A stretch of 64,000 nt of DNA, from positions 32,001 through 96,000 of the forward strand of contig CAVWBU010000041.1 in NCBI GenBank assembly GCA_963753345.1, given 5' to 3'. This DNA comes from an uncultured Fibrobacterota bacterium (lineage in GTDB: Bacteria > Fibrobacterota > Chitinivibrionia > Chitinivibrionales > FEN-1185). This document shows positions 9,459 to 18,886 of the stretch, piece after piece. Positions within the stretch are counted from its first letter, which is position 1. Each line of letters opens with the position of its first letter. Below the pieces are notes generated by a model. It saw nothing but the letters and a program-made list of their open reading frames with translations. It searched no databases and had not been told where the DNA came from. The position numbers and the translations under genes are program-made.

Positions 9459-10220
9459 ATGAAGAAAACGCTCAAAACACTTTTCCTGATGGCCATGCTG
9501 CTCGTTGTTCCGGCCGCCTGCAAGACCGGCCCCCTCATCTCGGTTGATTCAGAAGAAGTCAACCTGGGCACCATCAAACAGGGGACCAAGGCGGCGGCGA
9601 AGTACGTCTTCAAGGTGAAGAACACCGGCGACAGCGTGCTGGTGATCAGAGACGTGAGGCCCGGCTGAGGATGCACCGTGGTGGGTTTCGACACCACCAT
9701 CCTTCCCGGTCGGGAAGGTTCCATAACTCCGGAAGTGAACCTTACGAAGGCGCACGGCGGCACATTCAGCAAATGCGTGACGGTCTCCTCGAACGCGAAG
9801 AACAAGCCCGAGATGCATTTGTGCCTCAAGATGACCCTCAAGGTCCCGCTTGCCGCAATGCCTGATTACATCCAGCTGAGACGCAGTGCAAGCGGAAAGT
9901 TTGAGACCGAGGTGACGCTCTCCACCGACAAACCGGACCTCACGGTGAGGGAGGCTTCGTTCAAATCCACGGCGCAGCCGAACAACCAGAACCAGGCCGC
10001 GTGGATGTCGTCCCTGCCGGACCACCTGGAGTTCACCTTGACAAAACCGGACAAACCGACCGCCGACGGGTCGTGGGACTACAAGCTGAAGCTCTGGGAG
10101 GAACCCATGGAGCTCAAGGAAAACAAGTTCGGCGAGTTTACCATAGCCACCAATCATCCGGACATGCCGGAGCTCAAGGTGAACGGCATCATCGACGCGA
10201 GTCCGGCACCGAAGAAATAG
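9459..10220 (+). CDS. DUF1573-like exported protein, probable selenoprotein (UGA at 9666-9668)
   Basis: RBS AAGGAG and signal peptide; FKVKNTGDSVLVIRDVRPG-TGA-GCT continues in frame into ORF 9678-10220. The DUF1573 CGC motif becomes UGC. Confidence 0.82.
9669..9702 (+). promoter_or_regulatory. Candidate bacterial SECIS hairpin
   Basis: GGATG/CATCC lower stem and GTGGTG/CACCAC upper stem with a G-containing loop, immediately 3' of the UGA. Confidence 0.65.
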
Positions 10221-10248
10221 GGACGTTGCGTCAGTCTGTTTTCTAGGC

Positions 10249-10279
10249 CGGGCCTTGAATTTCAAGGCCCGTTTCTTTT
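10249..10279 (+). terminator. Rho-independent terminator
   Basis: CGGGCCTTGAA-T-TTCAAGGCCCG followed by TTTCTTTT. Confidence 0.7.
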
Positions 10280-10294
10280 GGCAAGGTTCGATCC

Positions 10295-11230
10295 ATGCCT
10301 TATGCATATCTTTTCGGCCCGGTCCCATCCCGGCGGCTCGGCCTCTCCCTCGGCGTGGACATCGTTCCGGCCAAGGTGTGCAACCTCAACTGCGTCTATT
10401 GCGAGTGCGGACAAACAACCAAGCTCACGAATGAGCGCAGGGAATGGGCGCCGCCGCAGGCCGTCATGGATGAACTGTCGGAGTTCCTGGGACGCTCGCC
10501 CGTCCTCGACGTCGTGACGGTAACCGGCTCCGGCGAGCCGACCCTTAACACCGGGCTGCAGGCAATAATATCATTTGTCAAAGAGAAGTTCCCCAACTAC
10601 AAAACGGCGCTTCTCACCAACGGGACCCTCCTGCATCTGGACGACGTGCGGCGCGCGGCGGCGCTGTTCGATTTCGTGCTGCCGTCGCTCGACGCCGTCT
10701 CGGACGCAGTTTTCGCTAAAGTCAACAGGCCGCACCGCGGGCTCGACAATGGCCGGATCGTCGAGGGGATCGCGCAGTTCGCCCGCGAATACAAAGGCAG
10801 GCTGTGGCTGGAGGTGTTCATCGTGCCGGGCGCCAACGATACGCCCGCCGAGTTGTCGCTGCTCAAGGAAGCGGTCCTCGCCATTGCGCCCGGCCGCGTG
10901 CAGCTCAACACGCTCGACCGCCCCGGCGCGAGCGCCTCGGTGCGGCCCGCGACCGGCCGCGAGCTTCTTGACATTGCCGACTTCCTCCGTCCCGCTCCGG
11001 TGGAAATCATCTCGCGGTCATATACTGCAGCCGCGGGCGCCGCAAGCGATGCGGCGTTCGAATCCGTCGTGCTTTCCATGCTCCGGCGCCGGCCCTGCAC
11101 CGTGGAGGACATCGCCGTGGCTTCGGGCCGCGCCATCAATGACATCTCCGGGATTCTGCCGCTCCTCCTTGCCGAAGGAACCGTGTCGACCGAGATAGTC
11201 CTGGGCAGGGTCTTTTACAAAGTGAAGTAA
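10295..11230 (+). CDS. Radical SAM protein (COG0731/TYW1-like)
   Basis: FGPVPSRRLG, CNLNCVYC, GSGEPTL, LLTNGTL. Confidence 0.9.
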   Translation: MPYAYLFGPVPSRRLGLSLGVDIVPAKVCNLNCVYCECGQTTKLTNERREWAPPQAVMDELSEFLGRSPVLDVVTVTGSGEPTLNTGLQAIISFVKEKFPNYKTALLTNGTLLHLDDVRRAAALFDFVLPSLDAVSDAVFAKVNRPHRGLDNGRIVEGIAQFAREYKGRLWLEVFIVPGANDTPAELSLLKEAVLAIAPGRVQLNTLDRPGASASVRPATGRELLDIADFLRPAPVEIISRSYTAAAGAASDAAFESVVLSMLRRRPCTVEDIAVASGRAINDISGILPLLLAEGTVSTEIVLGRVFYKVK

Positions 11231-11453
11231 ACGATGCGCTATCCGCTTTGGTCCGCGTGCGCCAAGGGTTGGCTGCAGCACGGCAGGCAAGCGCGGCCGG
11301 GGAGGTCAACCCTCATAACGAAAACCGTTCGGACGTTTTTTCCTTTGCAGCGAAGTTGACACAATTGTACAATTGCAGTATGTAGTGTGCTGACTTGTTG
11401 CGATTTAGTATTTTTAAAATGTAAAAACAATGTTCATTTCAGGGGGAATACCT

Positions 11454-11846
11454 ATGCGGAAAGTCTTGGTAATGGCAGCGGTCCTCTTTTCCTTAATAGG
11501 CTGCTCCAACAATAACAAGATAACGATCGTCAATGATGCGCAGGCACCAATTTACTTCAATTTCCGCGCCAACGAAACCACCCTGGCAAGCGGCGCGTCA
11601 ACGACAATCAAGAACATTCCAAACGGAACGTATAGTTACAATACAAGTTTTGAACTGCCGGATAAAAATGTGACATCCACCACTATTTCGGGCAATGCCG
11701 GAGCCGGCAGCTTGAGATTCGCCCAGGAAAATACTAATCAGCTTCTTATATTTTCCTCGACGTACTTGAGTGGAGTCTATACCGTCTATCTGAACTTCAC
11801 GTCAACTGACTCCAGCGGTGCGACGTCAATACTGCTCGGGCCTTAG
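11454..11846 (+). CDS. Hypothetical lipoprotein
   Basis: MRKVLVMAAVLFSLIGC lipobox; RBS AGGGGG. Confidence 0.75.
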   Translation: MRKVLVMAAVLFSLIGCSNNNKITIVNDAQAPIYFNFRANETTLASGASTTIKNIPNGTYSYNTSFELPDKNVTSTTISGNAGAGSLRFAQENTNQLLIFSSTYLSGVYTVYLNFTSTDSSGATSILLGP

Positions 11847-11867
11847 CGGCAAATACTTCCCCCGTCC

Positions 11868-12266
11868 TCACCTCAACCGCACCACTGTCGCGCCTTCCCC
11901 GCCGTCTTTCCGCATTGCCGTTGTAAAGCTTCGTATCCTGGGATCATTTCCCGCTTCAAGATATTGCCTCACCGCAGTCTTGAGCACTCCGCCCTCTCCC
12001 GGCGCGGAATGCAGGCCATACCCGTGGACCACGAGCAGTTCGGCAACGCCGCGCTGTGCGCAGTCGTCAATCGCATCGCGCAGCGCGGCGAGCGCGGGAC
12101 CGGTGGTCATGCCGTGGAGATCAATGGTCGCGCGCACGCTTCCCCGCTTTGTCGTGCCGGCGGCGAACGTCTTTTTCTTCCTTCCGAGCGATGCGGCTGC
12201 GTCCTTGTCGCGGACCCCATGGCGGTCGAGATAATCGAGAATGGTTTTTTTTGGATCGGGATTCAT
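11868..12266 (-). CDS. Smr/MutS2-domain protein
   Basis: IDLHGMT, VVHGYG, GVLK, GGEGATVV. Confidence 0.92.
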   Translation of the reverse strand: MNPDPKKTILDYLDRHGVRDKDAAASLGRKKKTFAAGTTKRGSVRATIDLHGMTTGPALAALRDAIDDCAQRGVAELLVVHGYGLHSAPGEGGVLKTAVRQYLEAGNDPRIRSFTTAMRKDGGEGATVVRLR

Positions 12267-12434
12267 GGTTTTTGCTAACGTTTCATGATACCACATCGCG
12301 TGAGGTAAGAGAAGGAAAATGCGGTTTTTCTGAGAACAGATGGCAAATTGTCAATTGAGAAGGCAAGAAGTATTTCTTTCTGAGGATTCCGATTGGCGCG
12401 AGAAGAGGTAGTTGACTGAATAGAATTCTGGTGC

Positions 12435-12617
12435 CGCGCGTTTGGGGGCGACTGGAAAAATGGTCCCGCTTGAGGCGGGATGCCGCTCGGACCCGCCGCT
12501 ACCGCGGCATAGGGCCGCCGCGGCCCGAGGCCGAAGGCCGAGACCGGAAGGAGAACCGACCTCTTTTGTGAAGGCGCGTACCTGTGTGCCTTCACAAAAG
12601 AGGTAACGCCCAAAATC
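12435..12617. repeat. Structured intergenic repeat family 1
   Basis: GGGGGCGACTGGA...GGAAGGAGAACCG-[17-bp-stem hairpin]-AACGCCCAAAATC. Confidence 0.88.
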
Positions 12618-12650
12618 ATGATACAATTCCAGAAATTACTTCCGCAATTA

Positions 12651-13664
12651 TCACCTGGGAACCACGACCTGAAGTCTCTGAACTTCCTGTCCGTTTCGAA
12701 CTTCGCACACATGCATTCCGGGAGCAGCGGCAATGGCGGCGCTGGCCCGCGTGCCGACCGTGACCCTCCCTGTCCCGCACACAACCTGCGCCTCTTTGAC
12801 GCCGGACAGCGAGAACAGGGTGAGCACGGAGCCTTGTTTTACATTTGCAATCTGCATGAGGCCGTTGCCGCACGACACAGCCCGAAGACCGCTGCGCGTT
12901 TCCCTGCCTGTCCGCTGCGGACCGGCCGCAGGCGGCTGCACGGCCGTCGCAATCGTCCCGACGCCGGTGACGCCCCAGAGCACGAGATAGCTTCCCGCGG
13001 TTTTCTTGAGAAGTTTGACGCTGGTGAGCGTCTTTGCCGAATTCGCAGTGACGCCAAATCCGTTGAGGGCGTGACCGTAGTTGTCACCCGGAGAATTCGT
13101 ATTGCTCCACTTTTGCATGGCAGAGTCGACATAGAAAACGCCGGTAGCCAGACCTTGATCATAGTCATTCAGCGTAAAAGTGGAAGTTGCCGGACCATCC
13201 GAATAGTTGAGTACGGCGTCGATTGTTGTGGATCCTTCTGAGCTTGTCAAGGCAAGGTAGATTTTCGAGTAATTTCCCTGCGGAACGGAAAAGGAGACAG
13301 AATCATTATTCTTTAGATAGTGAGTTTGAGGATCAGTGCTATCCACATTAGAGAAATTCAAAAGCATCTTTGGATGATTGGCATTAGCAGGATACAGGGC
13401 ACTGTCGGGAAGTGTGTGTCCTGTATAGTTCAGATGAACAGCAACAGCGTGCGTCACATATCCGTCCCCGCCTCCTCCACCGTCAATACCCATTGTCCAT
13501 GTATAGATTTTCCCGTTTGAAAAAGTGGAAACGGCCCGTGCGTTGAGAAGTGATTTGATATTCACCTGAACCGTATCGGCCTGTACCGCGGCCGCAAAGC
13601 CAAGCACCAGCGCGGCAGTCCAGCCCGCAACAGACATACCGCTTGAACCGTAAACATTCTTCAT
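12651..13664 (-). CDS. Secreted protein with T9SS-like C-terminal domain
   Basis: Signal peptide, beta-rich core, linker TAVQPP, tail LFSLSG...APGMHVCEV. Confidence 0.75.
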   Translation of the reverse strand: MKNVYGSSGMSVAGWTAALVLGFAAAVQADTVQVNIKSLLNARAVSTFSNGKIYTWTMGIDGGGGGDGYVTHAVAVHLNYTGHTLPDSALYPANANHPKMLLNFSNVDSTDPQTHYLKNNDSVSFSVPQGNYSKIYLALTSSEGSTTIDAVLNYSDGPATSTFTLNDYDQGLATGVFYVDSAMQKWSNTNSPGDNYGHALNGFGVTANSAKTLTSVKLLKKTAGSYLVLWGVTGVGTIATAVQPPAAGPQRTGRETRSGLRAVSCGNGLMQIANVKQGSVLTLFSLSGVKEAQVVCGTGRVTVGTRASAAIAAAPGMHVCEVRNGQEVQRLQVVVPR

Positions 13665-13841
13665 ACCGCAAACCCCCTCGTTTCGAATAGTGAAATTCTT
13701 GAGAAATCCATCACCCATAATATACCTTTTTCACGTTTTTACGCCAGATTTTTTCGCCGCAGCCCGCGGCATTGTTTTATCTTGTAAAGGCTTTATCCGT
13801 ACACAGGGCGATCTTTCATCCGGCCAAGAAAGCAAATCCGC

Positions 13842-14711
13842 ATGTGCGAACTCTGTATGAAACATGGAGCGGGCGGCAAGTGGTATCTCAATGCCGCCCA
13901 TTACGCGGATGAAATCGTTCGGAAATACAACCTGCGCGACTATCTGCTAGAGCAATACAGAAACTTCGAGCAGGTGCCGCTACGAAAAGTAAACGGGGTC
14001 AATCCGGTCGGATTCGATTACAAACTGAAAATTCCCCTTATCGGACGCCTTCTCAAGCGCATGGCCGAGCGCATGCTGCACAGCACGAGGCCTCCACGGA
14101 ATCCATTTCGAGCCGAAGGCCACATCGGGCAGGTAGTTCCCCTTGAGGATGCCACGGCAATCCTCGAATGCTGCGCTGCGGAGCCCATCATAGAAAAGAA
14201 CTGCATGTGCCGCTACATGAGCAGGGGAATCCAGGAAGCGTGCTGCATCAATTTCGGAGTGATGTCGGACATCATTTCGAAACTGCCGCGGTTTATTCCC
14301 GTTAAGGACAAGTTCTTCCTCAGCCGGAAGGAGGCCGTCGAAAAGTTCACGGCCTTTAACAACAAGGGATACATCGGTACCATCTGGTTCGGGCCTTTCC
14401 CGTATATCAACAACCTGTGTTCCTGCGCCACGCCCGAATGCGCGGGCATACGTCCCCGTCTCGACTTCGGCATCAAGTCAATTTACAAGGCGGAATACGT
14501 CGCCGATGTCCGCGCCGAAAAATGCAACGGCTGCGGCAGGTGCGCTTCGGTGTGCCAGTTCGGCGCCTTGAGCCGGGCGGGCGACGGACAAATAATGACC
14601 GTCGATTACAACAAATGCTACGGATGCGGCACGTGCAGGCATGCATGCGCGCAGGGCGCGCTGTATCTCCAGTCGCGCGACCTCTATCCGCAGATCGAGG
14701 AGAAATACTGA
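13842..14711 (+). CDS. 4Fe-4S dicluster-domain protein
   Basis: C-terminal CNGCGRCASVC and CYGCGTCRHAC; further Cys motifs CMCR and LCSC. Confidence 0.85.
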   Translation: MCELCMKHGAGGKWYLNAAHYADEIVRKYNLRDYLLEQYRNFEQVPLRKVNGVNPVGFDYKLKIPLIGRLLKRMAERMLHSTRPPRNPFRAEGHIGQVVPLEDATAILECCAAEPIIEKNCMCRYMSRGIQEACCINFGVMSDIISKLPRFIPVKDKFFLSRKEAVEKFTAFNNKGYIGTIWFGPFPYINNLCSCATPECAGIRPRLDFGIKSIYKAEYVADVRAEKCNGCGRCASVCQFGALSRAGDGQIMTVDYNKCYGCGTCRHACAQGALYLQSRDLYPQIEEKY

Positions 14712-14720
14712 GGAGCCGTC

Positions 14721-14981
14721 TTGACAATGGGTAAACGGACCACCATTCGCATCGATTATTCGGTGTGCGGCGACGGCGGAAAAATAGACCCCCGTGCATG
14801 CGCCGCGTGCATGCGCGCCTGCGGGCCCGCCCTCTTTAGCCTTCACCAGACTTTCGGCGCCGTGGAAAAAGACACGTGCAATCCGCAGCACTGGAGGATA
14901 ACGCCGCTGTGGGTTTCGCTTTGCACGCGGTGCAACAAGTGCGTGGAAGCGTGCCCGGAAAAGGCCATTACGGTAAAATGA
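14721..14981 (+). CDS. Ferredoxin-like protein
   Basis: CAACMRAC and CTRCNKCVEACP; RBS AGGAG. Confidence 0.8.
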   Translation: MTMGKRTTIRIDYSVCGDGGKIDPRACAACMRACGPALFSLHQTFGAVEKDTCNPQHWRITPLWVSLCTRCNKCVEACPEKAITVK

Positions 14982-15988
14982 AAAGTTCTGAGATCAACCT
15001 CGTCATCGGCGGCGCAGGCATGCTCGGCCACGATATTGTCGCCCAGCTGCTTTGCAGGGGCAAACGCGTGCGCGTGCTTGACATACAGAAATTCGACGGC
15101 GACCGGGCCGAGGCAATTGCCGGCGACATCCGCGACCTGGAAACGGTGTGCAATGCCTGCAAAGGGGTCGACGCGGTCTTTCAAACCGCCGCCGCCGTGT
15201 GGGACCCTGCCCTTTCTCGGCGCGCCTACGACACCGTGAATGTGGACGGAAACCGGAACGTAATCGCGGCATGCCGGCGTCTCGGCGTGCCGAAGCTCGT
15301 GTTCACAAGCACCATGGACGTTGTGGTGCACGGCGCGAGGCCGGTGGTTTACGGAGACGAATCGCTCCCCTATCCGCCCGCCGCTCCAAAGGACCATTAT
15401 TCGCGCACGAAAATCCTGGCAGAGAAAATGATGCTTGCCGCCAACGGCCCGGACCTGGCGGTGTGCATCCTACGGCCGGCGGGCATGTACGGCCCCAGGG
15501 ACAAATACCACGTGCCGAACATCCTGAAGGCGGCGCAAGGCGGAATGAACATCCGTCTCGGCAACGGTTCCGCAAAATTCTCGCACGTGTACTCGGAAAA
15601 CGTGGCGCACGCCCACGTGCTTGCGGCCGAACGCCTTCACCCGGGCTCGCCGGTTGCGGGCCAGTGCTACTTCGTCACCGATCACGAGCCGGAAAACCTG
15701 TTCGACTTCATGGCGCCGTTCCTGCGGGAACTGGGATTCCCTCCTGCAAAGCTCCGGATTCCGTACCGGGCCGCCTACGCGCTTGCCGCCATAGCGGAGC
15801 TTGCGGCCCCGAAATCGACGTTCAGCCGTTTCTCGGTTGTCCAGACCTGCGTCGACCACACGTTCTCCCATGCCAAGGCGACCAGGGATTTCGGCTATGA
15901 GCCGATTATATCAAAGGAAGAGGCATTCAGGAGGACGGTTGCGTGGCTCAAGAAAGAATGGAACGGAAGTTCAAAGTTGAAAGTTTAA
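14978..15988 (+). CDS. 3-beta-HSD-like NAD-dependent epimerase/dehydratase (extended SDR)
   Basis: GGAGMLG, NVDGN, TST, YSRTK, LRPAGMYGPRD, NVAHAH. Confidence 0.88.
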   Translation: MKSSEINLVIGGAGMLGHDIVAQLLCRGKRVRVLDIQKFDGDRAEAIAGDIRDLETVCNACKGVDAVFQTAAAVWDPALSRRAYDTVNVDGNRNVIAACRRLGVPKLVFTSTMDVVVHGARPVVYGDESLPYPPAAPKDHYSRTKILAEKMMLAANGPDLAVCILRPAGMYGPRDKYHVPNILKAAQGGMNIRLGNGSAKFSHVYSENVAHAHVLAAERLHPGSPVAGQCYFVTDHEPENLFDFMAPFLRELGFPPAKLRIPYRAAYALAAIAELAAPKSTFSRFSVVQTCVDHTFSHAKATRDFGYEPIISKEEAFRRTVAWLKKEWNGSSKLKV

Positions 15989-16075
15989 AGTTGACGGTTA
16001 GTGGTTGACGGTTGCAACGCACTTTTCTTGTTGAGCTGCTCGTCACAGATTTCGCTGTCGGTTTTCTTGCTTTTT

Positions 16076-16230
16076 GCGTTAGGGGCGACTGGAAGTCCCG
16101 CCGTTGCGGGATTGCCGGTCGACCCCGCCGCCAGGCATAGGGGCGGACCGGCAACGAGGCGACCAGCCGAGCTGGAAGGAGAACCGACCCGCCCCCGAGG
16201 CTTGCCGAGGGGCGGGTAACGCCCAAATCT
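16076..16230. repeat. Structured intergenic repeat family 1
   Basis: GCGTTAGGGGCGACTGGA...GGAAGGAGAACCGACC-hairpin-GGTAACGCCCAAATC. Confidence 0.88.
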
Positions 16231-16255
16231 AACCGGTTATCCTGCCCTCAATTCA

Positions 16256-16831
16256 TTACCCTGCGAACTGCTTCTCCACGAATTTCCAGTTGATAATCTT
16301 CCAGAACGCCTCGAGATAGGCCTGCCGGTTGTTGCGGTAGTCAATGTAGTATGCGTGTTCCCACACGTCGCAGACCAGCACGGGCGTCTTGCCGTCCTTC
16401 TGGGGCATGGCGGCGTTGCTCGTGTTGACAATAGAGAGCCGCTCGCCGCTTTTTACCAGCCAGGTCCAGCCGGAGCCAAAGTTGCCCACGGCCGTCGAGA
16501 CGAACAGGTCGCGCAGCCCCTCCGGCGACTTGAAGTCCCTTGCGATCGCTTCGGCGAGCGCGCCCGACGGCTGCTGCGAATCCGGGGCCATGCACTGCCA
16601 GTAGAACGAGTGGTTCCAGTGCTGCGCCGCGTTGTTGAAAATGGGGCCGCTTGCCTTTGCGCAGATCTGTTCAAGGGTCATGGATTCGAACTCGGTTCCC
16701 TTGATCAGTTTGTTGAGGTTGTTGACATATGCGTTGTGGTGCTTGCCGTAGTGGTATTCAAGGGTTTCCGGGGAAATCGCGGGCACCAGCGCCGTTTTCG
16801 CAAAAGGCAATTCTGGCAGTTTGTGTTCCAT
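16256..16831 (-). CDS. sodB: Superoxide dismutase [Fe]
   Basis: HYGKHH, FNNAAQHWNH, FGSGW, DVWEHAYY. Confidence 0.95.
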   Translation of the reverse strand: MEHKLPELPFAKTALVPAISPETLEYHYGKHHNAYVNNLNKLIKGTEFESMTLEQICAKASGPIFNNAAQHWNHSFYWQCMAPDSQQPSGALAEAIARDFKSPEGLRDLFVSTAVGNFGSGWTWLVKSGERLSIVNTSNAAMPQKDGKTPVLVCDVWEHAYYIDYRNNRQAYLEAFWKIINWKFVEKQFAG

Positions 16832-17168
16832 ATGGTCTCCTTGCGCGTGTGAGAAGGTTGTTGTGGAGTGGCGGCCCGGCACCTCCCTCATTATCGGTAC
16901 GCAATACCGACCCGCAACCTGGGATAATTTATAACAGAGTGAAGTAAGATTGCAAGAAGCTTGCCAAGACGGGTGCAGGCACAAGCAAGGCAGGCTATTT
17001 CGCGGACCTCCGAAGCCACGGTCGCACATGGGAAAAACATGCATGCTCGTTCTCATTTTGGGAATATGTTTTTGCAGAAAAGAGAAAGTCCGTCCGCTTG
17101 CATGATGCTTCGGCTCTGTCTCTATTTGCACCACGCTTATGAAACAAAATATGGTATATTTACACGAT

Positions 17169-18581
17169 ATGAACCACGATGTCTCCCACAACCCGGCAAG
17201 GCGCGATTTTCTCAAGACCTCGACGCTGGCCGCCGCAGGCTTGGCCGCCGCAACCACGGGCATCGGCAAAGTCTTCGGCACAACTGCCGGCTTCACGCCC
17301 GGCATGCAGATCAACCCCTCCATAGACAACCTCCGGGTGGTCGCGTGCCGCAATCCGGCCATGGAAACTTCCTCTCCCCTTTTGTGGGACACCGTCTCAC
17401 AGAACAGCGTGGTTGATCCGGCGCAGGTTTCTCTCACCTTGGACAAGATGGCCTGCGCGCTTGCGCAGGTGACGGATGTTCAAAGCGCATGGTCAACGAT
17501 ACTCCGGAAGCCCGATGCGAAATCATGGCAGGATGTGATTGCCGCGATCAAGGTCAACTGCTCCGGCAGCATGCATCCCCGGGCGGCTATTATCGACAAA
17601 GTCTGCAGAGTGCTCAACGGGTTCGGCGTTCCGTTTCCCAACATCACCCTCTACGACACCACCGACCCGGTCGTGACGTATTTCGCCGGATTCAAAGGGA
17701 CCCTGCTTCCCGCGGACATCGTGGTGAGCGGCGGGGGCGACACGTTTCCGGTCGTGGTGATGGGCGAATCGCTCAAATGCACCACGCTCATCCAGAACGC
17801 GGACATTCTTATCGATATCGCATCAAACAAGCCTCACATCGCAACGTGGGTCGGGCTCACCATGACCTGCAAGAACCACGTGGGCACCGTCAACCGCGCC
17901 CTGCCCACGGGCTCCAACTGCCCGCAGAACCTCACCCAGCTTTTCGAGATCAACAAGCACGACGCCATCATCGGCACTCCGGCCACGGGCGTCCCGTGCA
18001 GGCAGCAATTGTGCATCATCGATTCACTCTGGTCTTCCAACGTGGGCGACTGGAGCTCCCTGCCCAACTGCGCCCTGTATTACCTGGTGATGGGCACCTT
18101 CGGCCCGGCCGTGGACTACTTGACAACGAGGAAGATCCGCATCGACATGATGAAATGCACCACGCACCCGGACGCCCTGCTCAACCAGTTCATTACCTAT
18201 TTCGGGTACTCGGATGCGGAAAGGGACAACCTCACCTCGCTCACGCCCGACCAGAACGCGGGCCGCGGGTGGGTCGAAGTCCCCATCACGCGTATCGAAA
18301 ACGATCCTGCAAGCCGGCAATGGCCGGATGCCGAAACCTGCGAACTTGTCATTGGAGAAAACAGGGTGCTCAGGTTCTCCTTTCCCGCCTCCGAGCCCGT
18401 ACTGGAAGCTTCGATCTGCTCACCCGACGGAAGGCTCGTCTGCTCCCTTCGGCCTCAGGCGCCGCGGCGCTTTGTCTGGGACGGCAGCACCTCCGTTGGC
18501 GCCAAGGCCGGCCGCGGCTGGTACTATCTTCATGTGAAGGGAGCGCGCACCACAAGGTCTTTTCATTTGGCGCAGATGTAA
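17169..18581 (+). CDS. DUF362-like protein with Tat signal and T9SS/FlgD-like C-terminal domain
   Basis: RRDFLK signal; IKVNC, KPH, TMTCKNHVG, LCIIDSL; tail ICSPDGRLV...WDG...GWYYL. Confidence 0.7.
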   Translation: MNHDVSHNPARRDFLKTSTLAAAGLAAATTGIGKVFGTTAGFTPGMQINPSIDNLRVVACRNPAMETSSPLLWDTVSQNSVVDPAQVSLTLDKMACALAQVTDVQSAWSTILRKPDAKSWQDVIAAIKVNCSGSMHPRAAIIDKVCRVLNGFGVPFPNITLYDTTDPVVTYFAGFKGTLLPADIVVSGGGDTFPVVVMGESLKCTTLIQNADILIDIASNKPHIATWVGLTMTCKNHVGTVNRALPTGSNCPQNLTQLFEINKHDAIIGTPATGVPCRQQLCIIDSLWSSNVGDWSSLPNCALYYLVMGTFGPAVDYLTTRKIRIDMMKCTTHPDALLNQFITYFGYSDAERDNLTSLTPDQNAGRGWVEVPITRIENDPASRQWPDAETCELVIGENRVLRFSFPASEPVLEASICSPDGRLVCSLRPQAPRRFVWDGSTSVGAKAGRGWYYLHVKGARTTRSFHLAQM

Positions 18582-18886
18582 ACCAACCTGGCCGTGCGTT
18601 TCCGTTTGGCCCCTTCCCCGCAGTTATGCGTTTAACTCAACAATCCCTCTTTTTCATAAAAAAAAGCAATCTCTTGCCGTTTTCGTTATATTAAAAATGT
18701 GAAGGGGGGGGCGGACTGGAATTTCTTCCGTGCCGGTGTTGCGCAATGCGACAGTGCGGCCGGAAAAAAGGTTTATTGCTTTTTGCAATTTGCTCGCATC
18801 GCCCGTTCTGTCCATTTGCCCGCGGGCATAATGTTTGCCCGCAACGCGCAGCACCCCCCCCCTTCCCGCACCACCGGATTGCTCAT

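Noticed and set aside
16076-16230. Family-1 repeats as integron attC sites (GTTAGG / TAAC)
   Set aside because: The core sites face the wrong way for RYYYAAC...GTTRRRY, the flanking genes are housekeeping rather than cassettes, and no integrase is present.
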